Shown here: positions 1 to 11,448 of the stretch, piece after piece | Position numbering within the stretch: the stretch's first letter is position 1 | How the letters are laid out: each line of letters begins with the position of its first letter | Assembly (NCBI RefSeq): GCF_001194135.2 | Contig: NC_068985.1 | Span: 12,476,762 to 12,514,298 of the forward strand | DNA length: 37,537 bases | Reading direction: 5' to 3' | Source: Octopus bimaculoides | Lineage: Eukaryota | Made by a program: the position numbers and the translations under genes | The notes under the pieces: generated by a model | Database searches by the model: none | What the model saw: only the letters and a program-made list of their open reading frames with translations | What the model was told of the DNA's origin: nothing

Positions 1-656
1 ATATATATATATATATATATATACATACATACATATGGGCTACGATTTGATATGATCTGGCAGACATTTGGAACGGTTGAATAGAGGTTTTCTCGTTGGT
101 GGGAATTTTCGACATCTGGCATAGCTGCAATTCAAGTTGTCTCTGAACAACACACAAATTTACCAACACATATTAATCATCGTTGAATATTCATTCTCAG
201 ATTTGTTTTAATGCTATGTTTCAAGAAAGTTAATATTTATAGCTTTCCATAAATATTCAAATATAACAGGATATAGATTAATCTCAGACACGACTAAGGC
301 TGCCCTGTCTTCAGGGTTGGAATTTGCTATATCGTAGTCGATTTTACAACCTTCAGTTCTGAATATTAAACTAATGTATTGCGTCATTATTGTTGATTTC
401 TTTCTTGTTAGACACTGTAAATAGACAATGCGTTTATCACATTTGATATTTATGCAATAAAACTTTATTTTATTTGAAATATTTCATTGTGGAATGTATA
501 ATTTCTCATTTATGATTTTGATTTCATTTGATTAACAAACATACTGCTGTTTAGCTTTACGTAAACAACTATTGCAACGGTAATGCTGCGTAAATTATTT
601 TTCAAATATTTGAATAAGACATAATATTTTGTTGTGTTTTCATTAAATGCGAGTGG

Positions 657-850
657 AAGGCGGCGAGCCGGACAAAAATACTAAGCAGAGATTTTGTCCG
701 GCTCGTTACGATCCGATTTCAGATTCCAACGTAGTCGACTTCGTTTTTCATTCTTTCAAATTCGATAAAATACCAGCGAAATATCTGGGCTGATGTAATG
801 GAGTAGCATCTTACTCCAAATTTCAGGCCTCGAAATTTACACAATTTCTG
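657..850 (+). mobile_element. Diverged tRNA-derived SINE monomer (family A), head partly deleted
   Basis: GGCGGCGAGC start, head hairpin, then GTCGACTTCGTTTTTCATTCTTTC...TCGATAAAATACCAG, homologous to the better-preserved copies at 21181-21604 and 34800-35200. Confidence 0.7.
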
Positions 851-1902
851 AACACCTACACAATAACTGTTCTGATATTTACCCTCTGTCAAAGACAATG
901 AATACTGTTGATATGGGAATAATAATTTATTGATTTCTAATAATTGCCAAAAAAAAGAGTAAAATATATATATCACTAAAAAACTAGTAATAATTTACTG
1001 CTTTGCAAAAATAGAAAAAAAATCATAAATAACTAGTAGTTTACCATAATATACGATTCATGATAGAGACAGTGAACACCATATTTTAATCAACACTACG
1101 AGATATTAATAGTTGCGCACAAACAGAAGCTCGTTTTCAATTCCATTGAGTTCATAACAGAATTCACAAGTGTACAGATACCAAATTGACGGAATGCATA
1201 TGTAACTCCCTGGTCTACGGTGAAGGAAAAGTAGTTTCACTCCAATTACTACAAAATAATCTAAACTTTGTGCGAATGTTTACTGATGTGCATTGCCATT
1301 TTTTTCTTAGACTCATAGATTCCTTTGATCACGATACACGTCGCTTAAACATACACACAACCCAAGATAACTATGGATTGAACTCCATGTTTGCTTGTAA
1401 TTTGAGCGGGAATTGTTATATCGGGAGGAATTGATACGGGATCCAACTTTATCCGTCGATGGGTCGAGTAACTAACTGTAGATACACGGGACTACTTTTA
1501 TCGGAATTAATCTTCAGAACCTGGTCCTTCTTGAGCGAAAACCTATCATACGTTTTCTTAGACGGTGGACGATATAACCCAATATGCTTTATATTTCTCA
1601 AAAAAATCATAGCTGTGATAAAGAAGCTCTTCTTCAACGTGGAAAATGAACATCTTAACCAAACATCATGCGCTTGTATGTGTGTAGGTTTATCAGTATC
1701 AGCGTGCATGTTTTTGTGTGTGTGTGTCTGTCCACATGCACTGCCTGGCAGCCGCTGTTGGTTTCTTCATGTTTCTGTTACATATGCTCTTCGGCCAAAG
1801 AGAACGATGTTTACAGATTGAATGATCACCATTCCTAGGGTCGATTCGCTTGATTAAATTCTTGAGGACGTCACTTCAACATCAGACACCGATGATGAAA
1901 AC

Positions 1903-1936
<34 letters not shown>

Positions 1937-2118
1937 ATTTTCCCAGAGGATGTAGCAACCGTTACCAATATAGCATAAGAACTTACCTTAGGAGATCATT
2001 AATTAGATTCCTTAAGGGTCGTTCTCACAGTTTATATTTATATCATAAGGTTTTTAAACTTTTAAATTTTCATATTCAAAAGAGACAGAGACTTCAAATT
2101 CGATATATCGATTTATTC

Positions 2119-2204
2119 ACCACTCTATGTTAACATTTCTGTGCCAAACTTATCCAGTGACTGGTCCATTGGATTTAGACGTTTGGCACTTCTTCAGGAG
2201 TGGT
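2119..2204 (-). ncRNA. Type I hammerhead ribozyme motif with extended helix II and palindromic helix III
   Basis: Minus strand reads ACCACUC-CUGAAGA-A-GUGCCAAAC-[31 nt]-GUUUGGCAC-A-GAA-AUGUUAACAU-A^GAGUGGU. It has a 7-bp perfect helix I, CUGANGA and GAAA cores, a 9-bp perfect helix II, a 10-nt palindromic helix III and an AUA cleavage triplet (cut between 2126 and 2125). The 10.1-11.1 pair is A.A instead of the usual G-C. Confidence 0.75.
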
Positions 2205-2271
2205 TACCTTTCGAACAAAACACGAAAAAACACATACATAACTATTATTAGGTCCTTGGGGCATCGTTAGA

Positions 2272-2805
2272 NNNNNNNNNNNNNNNNNNNNNNNNNNNNN
2301 NNNNNNNNNNNNNNNNNNNNNNNNNNNNNNNNNNNNNNNNNNNNNNNNNNNNNNNNNNNNNNNNNNNNNNNNNNNNNNNNNNNNNNNNNNNNNNNNNNNN
2401 NNNNNNNNNNNNNNNNNNNNNNNNNNNNNNNNNNNNNNNNNNNNNNNNNNNNNNNNNNNNNNNNNNNNNNNNNNNNNNNNNNNNNNNNNNNNNNNNNNNN
2501 NNNNNNNNNNNNNNNNNNNNNNNNNNNNNNNNNNNNNNNNNNNNNNNNNNNNNNNNNNNNNNNNNNNNNNNNNNNNNNNNNNNNNNNNNNNNNNNNNNNN
2601 NNNNNNNNNNNNNNNNNNNNNNNNNNNNNNNNNNNNNNNNNNNNNNNNNNNNNNNNNNNNNNNNNNNNNNNNNNNNNNNNNNNNNNNNNNNNNNNNNNNN
2701 NNNNNNNNNNNNNNNNNNNNNNNNNNNNNNNNNNNNNNNNNNNNNNNNNNNNNNNNNNNNNNNNNNNNNNNNNNNNNNNNNNNNNNNNNNNNNNNNNNNN
2801 NNNNT
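2272..2805. other. Assembly gap (others at 4314-4327, 5303-5831, 10299-10915, 31835-32121, 33829-33990)
   Basis: N runs. Most are flanked by (TA)n, consistent with microsatellite-induced contig breaks. Confidence 0.99.
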
Positions 2806-2979
2806 ATATGGTGGTTGTCTACTCCTTATGCACATTTTGACATCTGATGTTGCTTTTAAAACCAGACAATATTCTGAAAAGACACCCACATAGATTGCAT
2901 ACCCGATTTGGACCACAAAGAGTTGCAGATAAATTCTGATCTTTGTAGATCTTAAAATGTCTTTGGACGCCTCCGTTAG
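2806..2979 (-). repeat. Unclassified dispersed repeat, copy 1 (possible DNA-transposon fragment)
   Basis: Aligns by eye with 27996-28192 on the plus strand. Both copies end in CAACCACCATA next to a (TA)n tract or N gap. Confidence 0.7.
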
Positions 2980-3011
2980 AGAGAGTGGGAGAGAGAGACA
3001 GACAGACAGAC

Positions 3012-3054
<43 letters not shown>

Positions 3055-3399
3055 GACAGACAGACAGACAGACAGAGACAGAGAGAGACAGAGAGAGTGA
3101 CAGAGAGAGAGACATAGAGAGATAGACAAAGAGAGAGAGACAGAGAGAGAGAAACAGAGAGAGACAGAGAGAGTGACAGAGAGAGAGACAGAGAGAGAGA
3201 GACAGAGAGAGATAGACACACAGAGAGACAGAGAGAGAGACAGAGAGAGACAGACAGAGGGAGACAGACAGAGAGAGACAAACAGAGAGAGACAGACAGA
3301 GAGAGACAGACAGAGAGAGACAGACAGAGAGAGACAGACAGAGACAGACAGACAGAGAGAGACAGAGAGAGACAGAGACAGAGAGAGACAGACAGAGAG
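2979..3399. repeat. Compound (GA)n/(GACA)n microsatellite
   Basis: About 420 bp of GA/GACA units. It explains the SL/ER-rich ORFs at 2248-3446. Confidence 0.97.
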
Positions 3400-3526
3400 G
3401 TGAAGGAGATGTCATTAAAGTCACTGAGGGCACAAATCAGCACCAATGTTGCAAGAGATAAGATTTAAAACATCTCCTAGCCACGAAAAGCAATTATCTT
3501 AATGACTGGCAAGGGAGGAAAGCTAA

Positions 3527-3581
3527 GAATAGTCAGATCACAGTGATTTCGCATTTCTAGTAATGCTCGTCAGTGTCTCTC
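3527..3581 (-). ncRNA. Minimal type I hammerhead ribozyme motif
   Basis: Minus strand reads GAGAGACA-CUGACGA-GCAUU-ACUAGA-AAUGC-GAA-AUCAC-U-GUGAU-C^UGACUAUUC. The core is canonical, with G10.1-C11.1, a 5-bp helix II, a palindromic helix III with 1-nt loop and an AUC triplet (cut between 3536 and 3535). Helix I pairs 6 of 8 positions (one G.U, two mismatches). Confidence 0.8.
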
Positions 3582-3684
3582 ACTAAGCGCCTTGAGTTAA
3601 ACTCAACTAGCCTTGACAGTTTATGATATTATCGTAGTAACCATATGCTGATTTCCTAAAGGTAAAAGTGAAAATCATAAATAA

Positions 3685-3930
3685 TAAACTTATTCCAAAA
3701 CAACTTAAAAAGTAAAAGGATCCCATCACGTTTAAACGAAATCTGGACAAATTTCTTCGAAGGTTAACAGATAAGCCACCCATACGTGGATACAGTTTAG
3801 TCAACAAGAACTCCCATCTTGAATGGGCCATGATATGACAAAACCTGACTTGAAAAGGATTTAGCAAATCCTATAAGGTCGTGCTATTAAGTTAAACCTG
3901 AGCCAATCTTTGGTCGAAACATATCTAAGT
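3685..3930 (+). mobile_element. 3' end of a CR1-group LINE (ORF2 C-terminus plus short 3' UTR)
   Basis: Translates KLIPKQLKK*KDPITFKRNLDKFLRRLTDKPPIRGYSLVNKNSHLEWAMI*, resembling the FKRxLDKFL...NSL.W end of CR1/Daphne-like ORF2. A short UTR follows, ending ...GAAACATATCTAAG before (TA)n. Confidence 0.65.
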
Positions 3931-6616
3931 TATATATATATATATATATACAGTAGAAATGTAAAAATGTACAAGATGTAAAGATACTGAGGATTCAGTA
4001 TGCATTACGTGGCAAAATTATGAGTTGAAAATATGTGGAAAAGAAATATATAAACAGTGGAAGAGAAACGCCTTCATTTCATATAGTTTAATATATTTTT
4101 ATAAATATATACACATTATATGGATGTCGTTAATTCCAACCGGTTTTCGCCATTTAAATTAGCTTTTCAAGGGACATTGTACAGTAATCAGTTCTCGTGA
4201 CAGATGGGTTTCGTCATTTTTGATGTTTGAAGAATAAGACGAATGAGTCTACAGAATGAAAGAAGGGAAGCAACAAGTAGCAAGGGGGACAACTGGCTCT
4301 TTAGTGTATATATNNNNNNNNNNNNNNATATATATATATATATATATAATATTTAGGTCAGTTAAAATACATCCGCAAAATTAAGGTCTGTAAAAATGGC
4401 TCATTAGAATATGTTCGTGGATAAAACATGTGAAGTCACCTGGATTGTTCGGTGTTGCCATCTATCAGGAATCCCAGAAATTGAGGCTTCGAGGTTTTTG
4501 ACTCTTGTCGATAGAATGTACCTAAGAGAGGTTACTCTAAATAAACTTGTAAAGTAATAGTTTTATGTCAATTTCAGTCAACGTTGTTGACTGATTTGCG
4601 CTGATAGATAACCCTATTGAGGAAAATAAATAAATAGATACATACATACATAAATACATACATGCATAAATACATACATATAGAAATACATACATACAGA
4701 AATACATACATACATACAACAGTTGCGTGCAAGTGTTTATACGTTTGCGTGTATATGTATATGATGACATGTATAAGAATACGTAAAACAGACATATATG
4801 AGCCCCCAAAAAATTATATGTCACTGAGATCTCACCATGCGTAGACAGAATTAGTAATTTATTTATCCCTTATATATAGAACGAACCACATATTCCGAAA
4901 GAAAATCATTGAGAAAGACATTACACTCTTATGTAGATCATGTTGAATCTTTAGAAGTAACAGCAAGAGCGTTGACTATAGAAAATATCAGCTGCAGCTA
5001 AGTTGGAAGGAATAGTTTGTTCTTCCGATGATAGCACTCCAATCACTCACCCTTCACCGGTGAAGACAAACGCTTATAGAACAACAGCTGTGACTATTAA
5101 TATATTGTTAATCTGCACGCGTACAGTAGTAACACAATGTATAATAAATGAATAAATTATTAATTCTCTATTTGCATTGTAAGATTCCTGCATTATTTCT
5201 TTGTTTTAGTACATAACAATAACGTTTACGAAATATAACACTCTGCATACATATGGACGTAGATACATATACACATGCAAACATATATGAATTCATAATA
5301 TANNNNNNNNNNNNNNNNNNNNNNNNNNNNNNNNNNNNNNNNNNNNNNNNNNNNNNNNNNNNNNNNNNNNNNNNNNNNNNNNNNNNNNNNNNNNNNNNNN
5401 NNNNNNNNNNNNNNNNNNNNNNNNNNNNNNNNNNNNNNNNNNNNNNNNNNNNNNNNNNNNNNNNNNNNNNNNNNNNNNNNNNNNNNNNNNNNNNNNNNNN
5501 NNNNNNNNNNNNNNNNNNNNNNNNNNNNNNNNNNNNNNNNNNNNNNNNNNNNNNNNNNNNNNNNNNNNNNNNNNNNNNNNNNNNNNNNNNNNNNNNNNNN
5601 NNNNNNNNNNNNNNNNNNNNNNNNNNNNNNNNNNNNNNNNNNNNNNNNNNNNNNNNNNNNNNNNNNNNNNNNNNNNNNNNNNNNNNNNNNNNNNNNNNNN
5701 NNNNNNNNNNNNNNNNNNNNNNNNNNNNNNNNNNNNNNNNNNNNNNNNNNNNNNNNNNNNNNNNNNNNNNNNNNNNNNNNNNNNNNNNNNNNNNNNNNNN
5801 NNNNNNNNNNNNNNNNNNNNNNNNNNNNNNNTATATATATATATATATATATCACGGATTTCTTTGCGTTTTCGTGTCTCCTGCTTTCTTGTAATATCAT
5901 CTGTGATAGGAAACAGTGTTGTTCAACTCATTCAGAGGTCGTTTTCTTCAGCCGCTCTCTATATACATAGAACATTGGAAAAGCAGTTCATTTATGAACA
6001 GACTCAATTTTCTGCAAGATTGTGCTATGAATAAACAATGGTACTTTAAGTATCCTATAGAAGATATTGTTCCTATCTCTCTTTACGCGTTAATGGTTAC
6101 AAATAGTTACAAAATTGTCTTTGAATTTACTATCGATGTGAAAGATGCAAGTTGATTTATTTGAGGTTTGTTTCATTCAGAGAAATCCCCACCATTGAAT
6201 TTAATAGATGAACAAATGAATATATCAATTATTTATTGTGTGTTATTTTCTAATTTACTTGTTACAATAGCTTTTCTAACTACAGATAAATAGAGCCACT
6301 TATATATTTCCACCAACTACCCGTCAAAAAATAAGCAGCGTTAAAATTGATTGTTCTCTTATAGAATGTTTTTCGTTTAATACAATAGGAAATAACTTTA
6401 TTGCAATATTTGCTAATTATGTACGCAATAAAATCATAAAATTAGCCTGACATTAGTTCAGTTTTTTTTTATAGCCAGACACAGCGTCATATACAAACTC
6501 TCACACACAATATGTATGTGTGTGTATGAATGTATACATATATATCTCTATGTATGTGTATTTAGGTTTATACATGTATGTATTTGATACATGTATACGT
6601 TTATATATTACTTGTC

Positions 6617-6621
6617 TGTGT

Positions 6622-6696
<75 letters not shown>

Positions 6697-6707
6697 TGTG
6701 TGTGTGT
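6617..6707. repeat. (GT)n microsatellite
   Basis: Direct reading. Confidence 0.98.
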
Positions 6708-7099
6708 TTATGCTTATGTGTGACGGCCTAGAGGTAATTTCATTTACTAAAATATATCAAATGACATCTTTTATATCGATAGAAAATTCAAGAACAATGT
6801 GTCAGCATTCAAGCGTAAAGATAGATAGAAACAATATCTTTTACTGCAATAATTAATATTGTATTGTGCAATATTGGCTTAAATTGGCAATGAACACAAT
6901 CGCCTCATAAGTAAATTGCGTGAGCATTTTTTTTTTTTGTACTATAGTTTACTGCCTCGGTACTTGGTGATGTGAATCGGAAAATAAGACAAACATACCG
7001 TCAGTAGCTGGATGAAACAGACGTGTGGATGTATTAACTTACAGTGTAAATAGAATTTGTTTACGTTTGTAACGATACCAGACTACATGTGCAGTGTCA

Positions 7100-7520
7100 T
7101 TGAAACGTTGTATGTTACGTATCGCCACAGAACGCCTCCACAATTTGTATTCTCACCAACTGTCTTTAATTCCACTAATCCACGCATTCCGTCATCTGTC
7201 AGCGTCTATGATCTTCTCTATGTACTTCCACTGTATTATTCTCACTTTTTATTAACACATCTCCCGCCTTTATTCGCATAACCAGGAAGGTCCTTCATAT
7301 TTTAACTTTGCATTTCTCACTTCTCGACCCTACTTAAATCTGAATACATATACATTGTGTTCTTTATTTCTCACAATGGTGATCTTCTTGCTTTCTAGAA
7401 AATTTCTTGTTTACTACACCGTTTTTAGATATTGCATGTCAATCCTCCTCGAATTTTCCCTCTTTACCCACGAGTAGTATACCTTTTTCATTGCGATCAG
7501 TACTGCGAAAAGTAGTTGAA
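7100..7520 (-). mobile_element. Possible highly decayed RTE-like LINE reverse-transcriptase fragment
   Basis: Weak motifs on the minus strand: FAVLIAMKKVY (cf. FIDLEKAYD), AGDVLI (cf. ADDIV) and GMR(ISG)IK across a frameshift. Many stops. Confidence 0.25.
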
Positions 7521-8177
7521 ATCTAAACAAAATATATTCGAATCATTTGTCTTCTCTTGCAATATTCTGAATATATATTAACTCTTACTGCATGAATGGT
7601 GCTTAATTTATTATCTAGATGCTAAGAAGTTAAAGTGCAGGGACATGACTTTTATTTTATTCGAGAGAAACGAATATATTACTTCTATTTGCGAAAATTA
7701 CCGATTTGATGCCAACATAAGGAATAATTAAATAGTATTGTCCTGATAATCAAGTTCAAATCTCCGATAGTTTTAGATATTTTCGTTTAGGCCATATTAA
7801 AAACTAAAATGACGAACATTGTTCAAAGAAAATCCTGTCATAAAGTTACGTACATCAATATTGTTGTAATAAATATTGATTTGATTATATATATATACAT
7901 ATATATGTATGTTAATCTATTTTTTTGTCTATCATGTGTTGTTATACATTTTCTATAACAATTTCCAATTGATTGAGATCCCTTTATACTATGGTATAAA
8001 ATTTTCGCTGCTTATGTCATATGAGTACATTAATAACAGATTTCTCCTATATTCATAATATTATTAACTTCAATACCATTATCCTAAAATACGCCGGATA
8101 TCAAGCACTGTTTTAGAAAATGTGTCTCACCTTCAGACTTTTTTATAGATTACTAATTAATATAGGCGTAGACTAAA

Positions 8178-8392
8178 ACGGTAATCGGGTAGAAGCGTTG
8201 CAGCACCGGACAAAAATATTTAGCGGCATTTCACCGTCTTTTTGTTTTCTGTGTTCAAATTCCGCCGAGGTATAGTTTGTTTTTTATCCCTCTGAGGTCG
8301 ATGAAATAAATACTGTCGGGATCAATATAATCGACTTACCCATCCCCTCAAATCTCTGTCCCAGTGCAGTGCCAAACTTTGAAACTAGTATT
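8178..8392 (+). mobile_element. SINE family A monomer
   Basis: GTTCAAATTCCGCCGAGGT B-box region, TCGATGAAATAAATAC core, ATAATCGACTTACC and a GTGCCAAACTTTGAAAC tail. Confidence 0.8.
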
Positions 8393-8621
8393 GGGATATA
8401 TTACCTTGTCCACCTATTATGAATGATGAAAACTCGACTCTCTCACTGGCAACATACTTCTCTGTAGTGTATTAATTAGAGTTTCGACAAATTTCAAAAA
8501 TGGAAATTACAATTAAGATGTATGTTCTTTAAAAAATCTCGGTTGGAGATCTAAATGATAATAATGGTCAGTGTAAAAAATAATGCCTACAGCATATTAT
8601 TAATTCTTGCATTGATTATTA

Positions 8622-8835
8622 CTTTTTTACTCTTTTACTTGTTTCAGTCATTTGACTGCGGCCATGCTGGAGCACCGCCTTTATAATCGAGCCAGTCGAC
8701 CTCAGAGCTTATTCTTTGTAAGCCAAGTACTTATTCTATCGTTTTCTTTTTGCCGAACTGCTAAGTTACGGGCACGTAAACGCACCAGCATCGGTTGTCA
8801 AGCGATGCTGGGGGGACAGACAGACACAAACATAG

Positions 8836-8868
<33 letters not shown>

Positions 8869-9042
8869 CATACATACACGGCGGGCTTCTTCCAGTTTCC
8901 GTCTACCAAATCCACTCACAAGGCTTTGGTCGGCCCGAGGCTATAGTAGAAGACACGTGCGCAAGGTGCCACGCTGTGGGACTGAACACGGCACCATGAG
9001 GTTGGTAAACAAGCTACTTATCACACAGCCACTTCTGCGCCT
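8622..9042 (-). mobile_element. tRNA-derived SINE family B with internal (TA)/(CA) microsatellite
   Basis: Minus-strand head GGCGCAGAAGTGGCTGTGTGATAAGTAGCTTG...GTTCAGTCCCAC and tail GGCGGTGCTCCAGCATGGCCGCAGTCAAATGACTGAAACAAGTAAAAG. Collinear with 32621-33047 and 35351-35765. Confidence 0.9.
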
Positions 9043-10916
9043 ACAAAGTATTGCAGTCAACGGTGTATGTGAAATGTGGTTACAATTTTTCAAGTGTTGC
9101 TAATTCTATTACGAAAGACTAACATGTCACATGATTGTTGAAATATCGATATATTTGAACTACAATTTACTTCTGAAATAACAGTCGTTATACAGATTCT
9201 GAAATAGTTTGTTGCTCATATATGTTTTACGTTGTGAAGACGGAAATTATTAAAGTATGCAAACATTTTTGATGACTCAATAGTATGTATATATGAAGTA
9301 CTAAATTAATTTTCTCAATCTATCCCAAGGCATAAGTTTACAAACATTTCCCTTACCATAAGCCCAATGAAAATTTGCATTACATCCATAAATTATCTAA
9401 CCAAACATTTTTATTTTAGAATTACATCATTAAAAATTTATCCATTATAAGATCTAACAATTACACTAACCAAGCTACTTTCCAAAATCTGGCTGACTAT
9501 CACAACCAAGTCTTTAAAAGAGGTGATTCCCATCAATTACTAACCTACCATAACACCAAGCATAAACATCGTGGGCACTAATAACCCGCATACAAGTGAT
9601 AACAGTACCTGGAATTCGTCTGGTAAATACTGCAGTTATGACAATTATGATGCCACATGTTACAGCTACTGTAACACATGTTACAACCACTGTAATCATC
9701 GGGCGAATATTATGAGATATGTGCGAAAAACATGTGGTGAGTACAAGATTTTAGGGCTTATCGTTTTCTCTCATATAGTTCTTGAAAATAGATTTCAATT
9801 TTTGCTAACATTCGATGAAGAGGCTTTTGCATTTGTTAAGGATATTTTGTGCAGGTTGATATTCGGAGTTATACTGGGTTAGTGATAACTCCGATGTCGG
9901 GTCTAGTGATGGATATTTGGTAGTAAGTATTTTGATTCACTACGTTTGCTTGGACGCAGTCTTCCTGCAATGAACGTGTTTGTTCCATCTGTACTCATTT
10001 TTCTTGTATTTCCTTTCTCTTTCTTTAATTTTCAGCTCTGATGAAGTTCCACTATTTAAGTTGGTATAATTAATTATTTATAATTACAATTAATATCATT
10101 ATTGTAATAGTTAAACCTGGTTATGCCCTACATAGTGCCAACAGAAACAGCTCTCAGATGAGATAATGTGACTTGTTTTATAATCAATAAATAATAATCG
10201 ATGTTCGTCTCCATTTCCTTATTTCACTTATATGAATATACACATATATATATATATATTCATATATAAGTAGATATATATATATATATATATATATANN
10301 NNNNNNNNNNNNNNNNNNNNNNNNNNNNNNNNNNNNNNNNNNNNNNNNNNNNNNNNNNNNNNNNNNNNNNNNNNNNNNNNNNNNNNNNNNNNNNNNNNNN
10401 NNNNNNNNNNNNNNNNNNNNNNNNNNNNNNNNNNNNNNNNNNNNNNNNNNNNNNNNNNNNNNNNNNNNNNNNNNNNNNNNNNNNNNNNNNNNNNNNNNNN
10501 NNNNNNNNNNNNNNNNNNNNNNNNNNNNNNNNNNNNNNNNNNNNNNNNNNNNNNNNNNNNNNNNNNNNNNNNNNNNNNNNNNNNNNNNNNNNNNNNNNNN
10601 NNNNNNNNNNNNNNNNNNNNNNNNNNNNNNNNNNNNNNNNNNNNNNNNNNNNNNNNNNNNNNNNNNNNNNNNNNNNNNNNNNNNNNNNNNNNNNNNNNNN
10701 NNNNNNNNNNNNNNNNNNNNNNNNNNNNNNNNNNNNNNNNNNNNNNNNNNNNNNNNNNNNNNNNNNNNNNNNNNNNNNNNNNNNNNNNNNNNNNNNNNNN
10801 NNNNNNNNNNNNNNNNNNNNNNNNNNNNNNNNNNNNNNNNNNNNNNNNNNNNNNNNNNNNNNNNNNNNNNNNNNNNNNNNNNNNNNNNNNNNNNNNNNNN
10901 NNNNNNNNNNNNNNNA

Positions 10917-10957
<41 letters not shown>

Positions 10958-11140
10958 CATATTCATAGATGTATAAATATATGTGTATATATGCGTGTTT
11001 ACGTGTGTGTCCGCTTATTTGTGTGTATATCTATATTGATATATATGAATATTTATGTATACGTATATCTATGCATATATGTAGCGTGCCTCTGTATGTA
11101 TGTGCATGTGTGTACTTGATGTGTGTCTATACATCTAAAA

Positions 11141-11348
11141 TTATCATTATTATTGCATGCCATCAAACTGACACTGGGGTAAAATATACGGAGCCCAATA
11201 TGCTCATCACAAAACATACATGACAACCATGTGTGCACGACATTGTGATCTCATATCAATATAAACAGTGCATGACCTTGCAGGTTGGGCCTAGTTAAAT
11301 TTTTCTTCAGGTCGAGTAATCCATCCCGCTCAAATAGTTCTTGAATAA
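11141..11348 (-). mobile_element. Diverged copy of the LINE 3' UTR seen at 36748-37262
   Basis: Reverse complement matches ...GACCTGAAGAAAA...ACCTGCAAGGTCATG...GATATGAGATCAC...GGCATGCA, followed by a short (TAA)-like tail. Confidence 0.75.
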
Positions 11349-11375
11349 ATGTCATTATCATCAATATCGTTACAC

Positions 11376-11447
<72 letters not shown>

Positions 11448-11448
11448 T
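11376..11448. repeat. (CTA)n microsatellite
   Basis: Direct reading. It explains the poly-Val ORF at 11251-11496. Confidence 0.97.

Noticed and set aside
1186-1821. ORFs at 1186-1821, including IGLYRPPS resembling a LINE endonuclease motif
   Set aside because: The expected downstream GDFN motif is absent and frames are broken. Left as unclassified, probably repeat-derived DNA.
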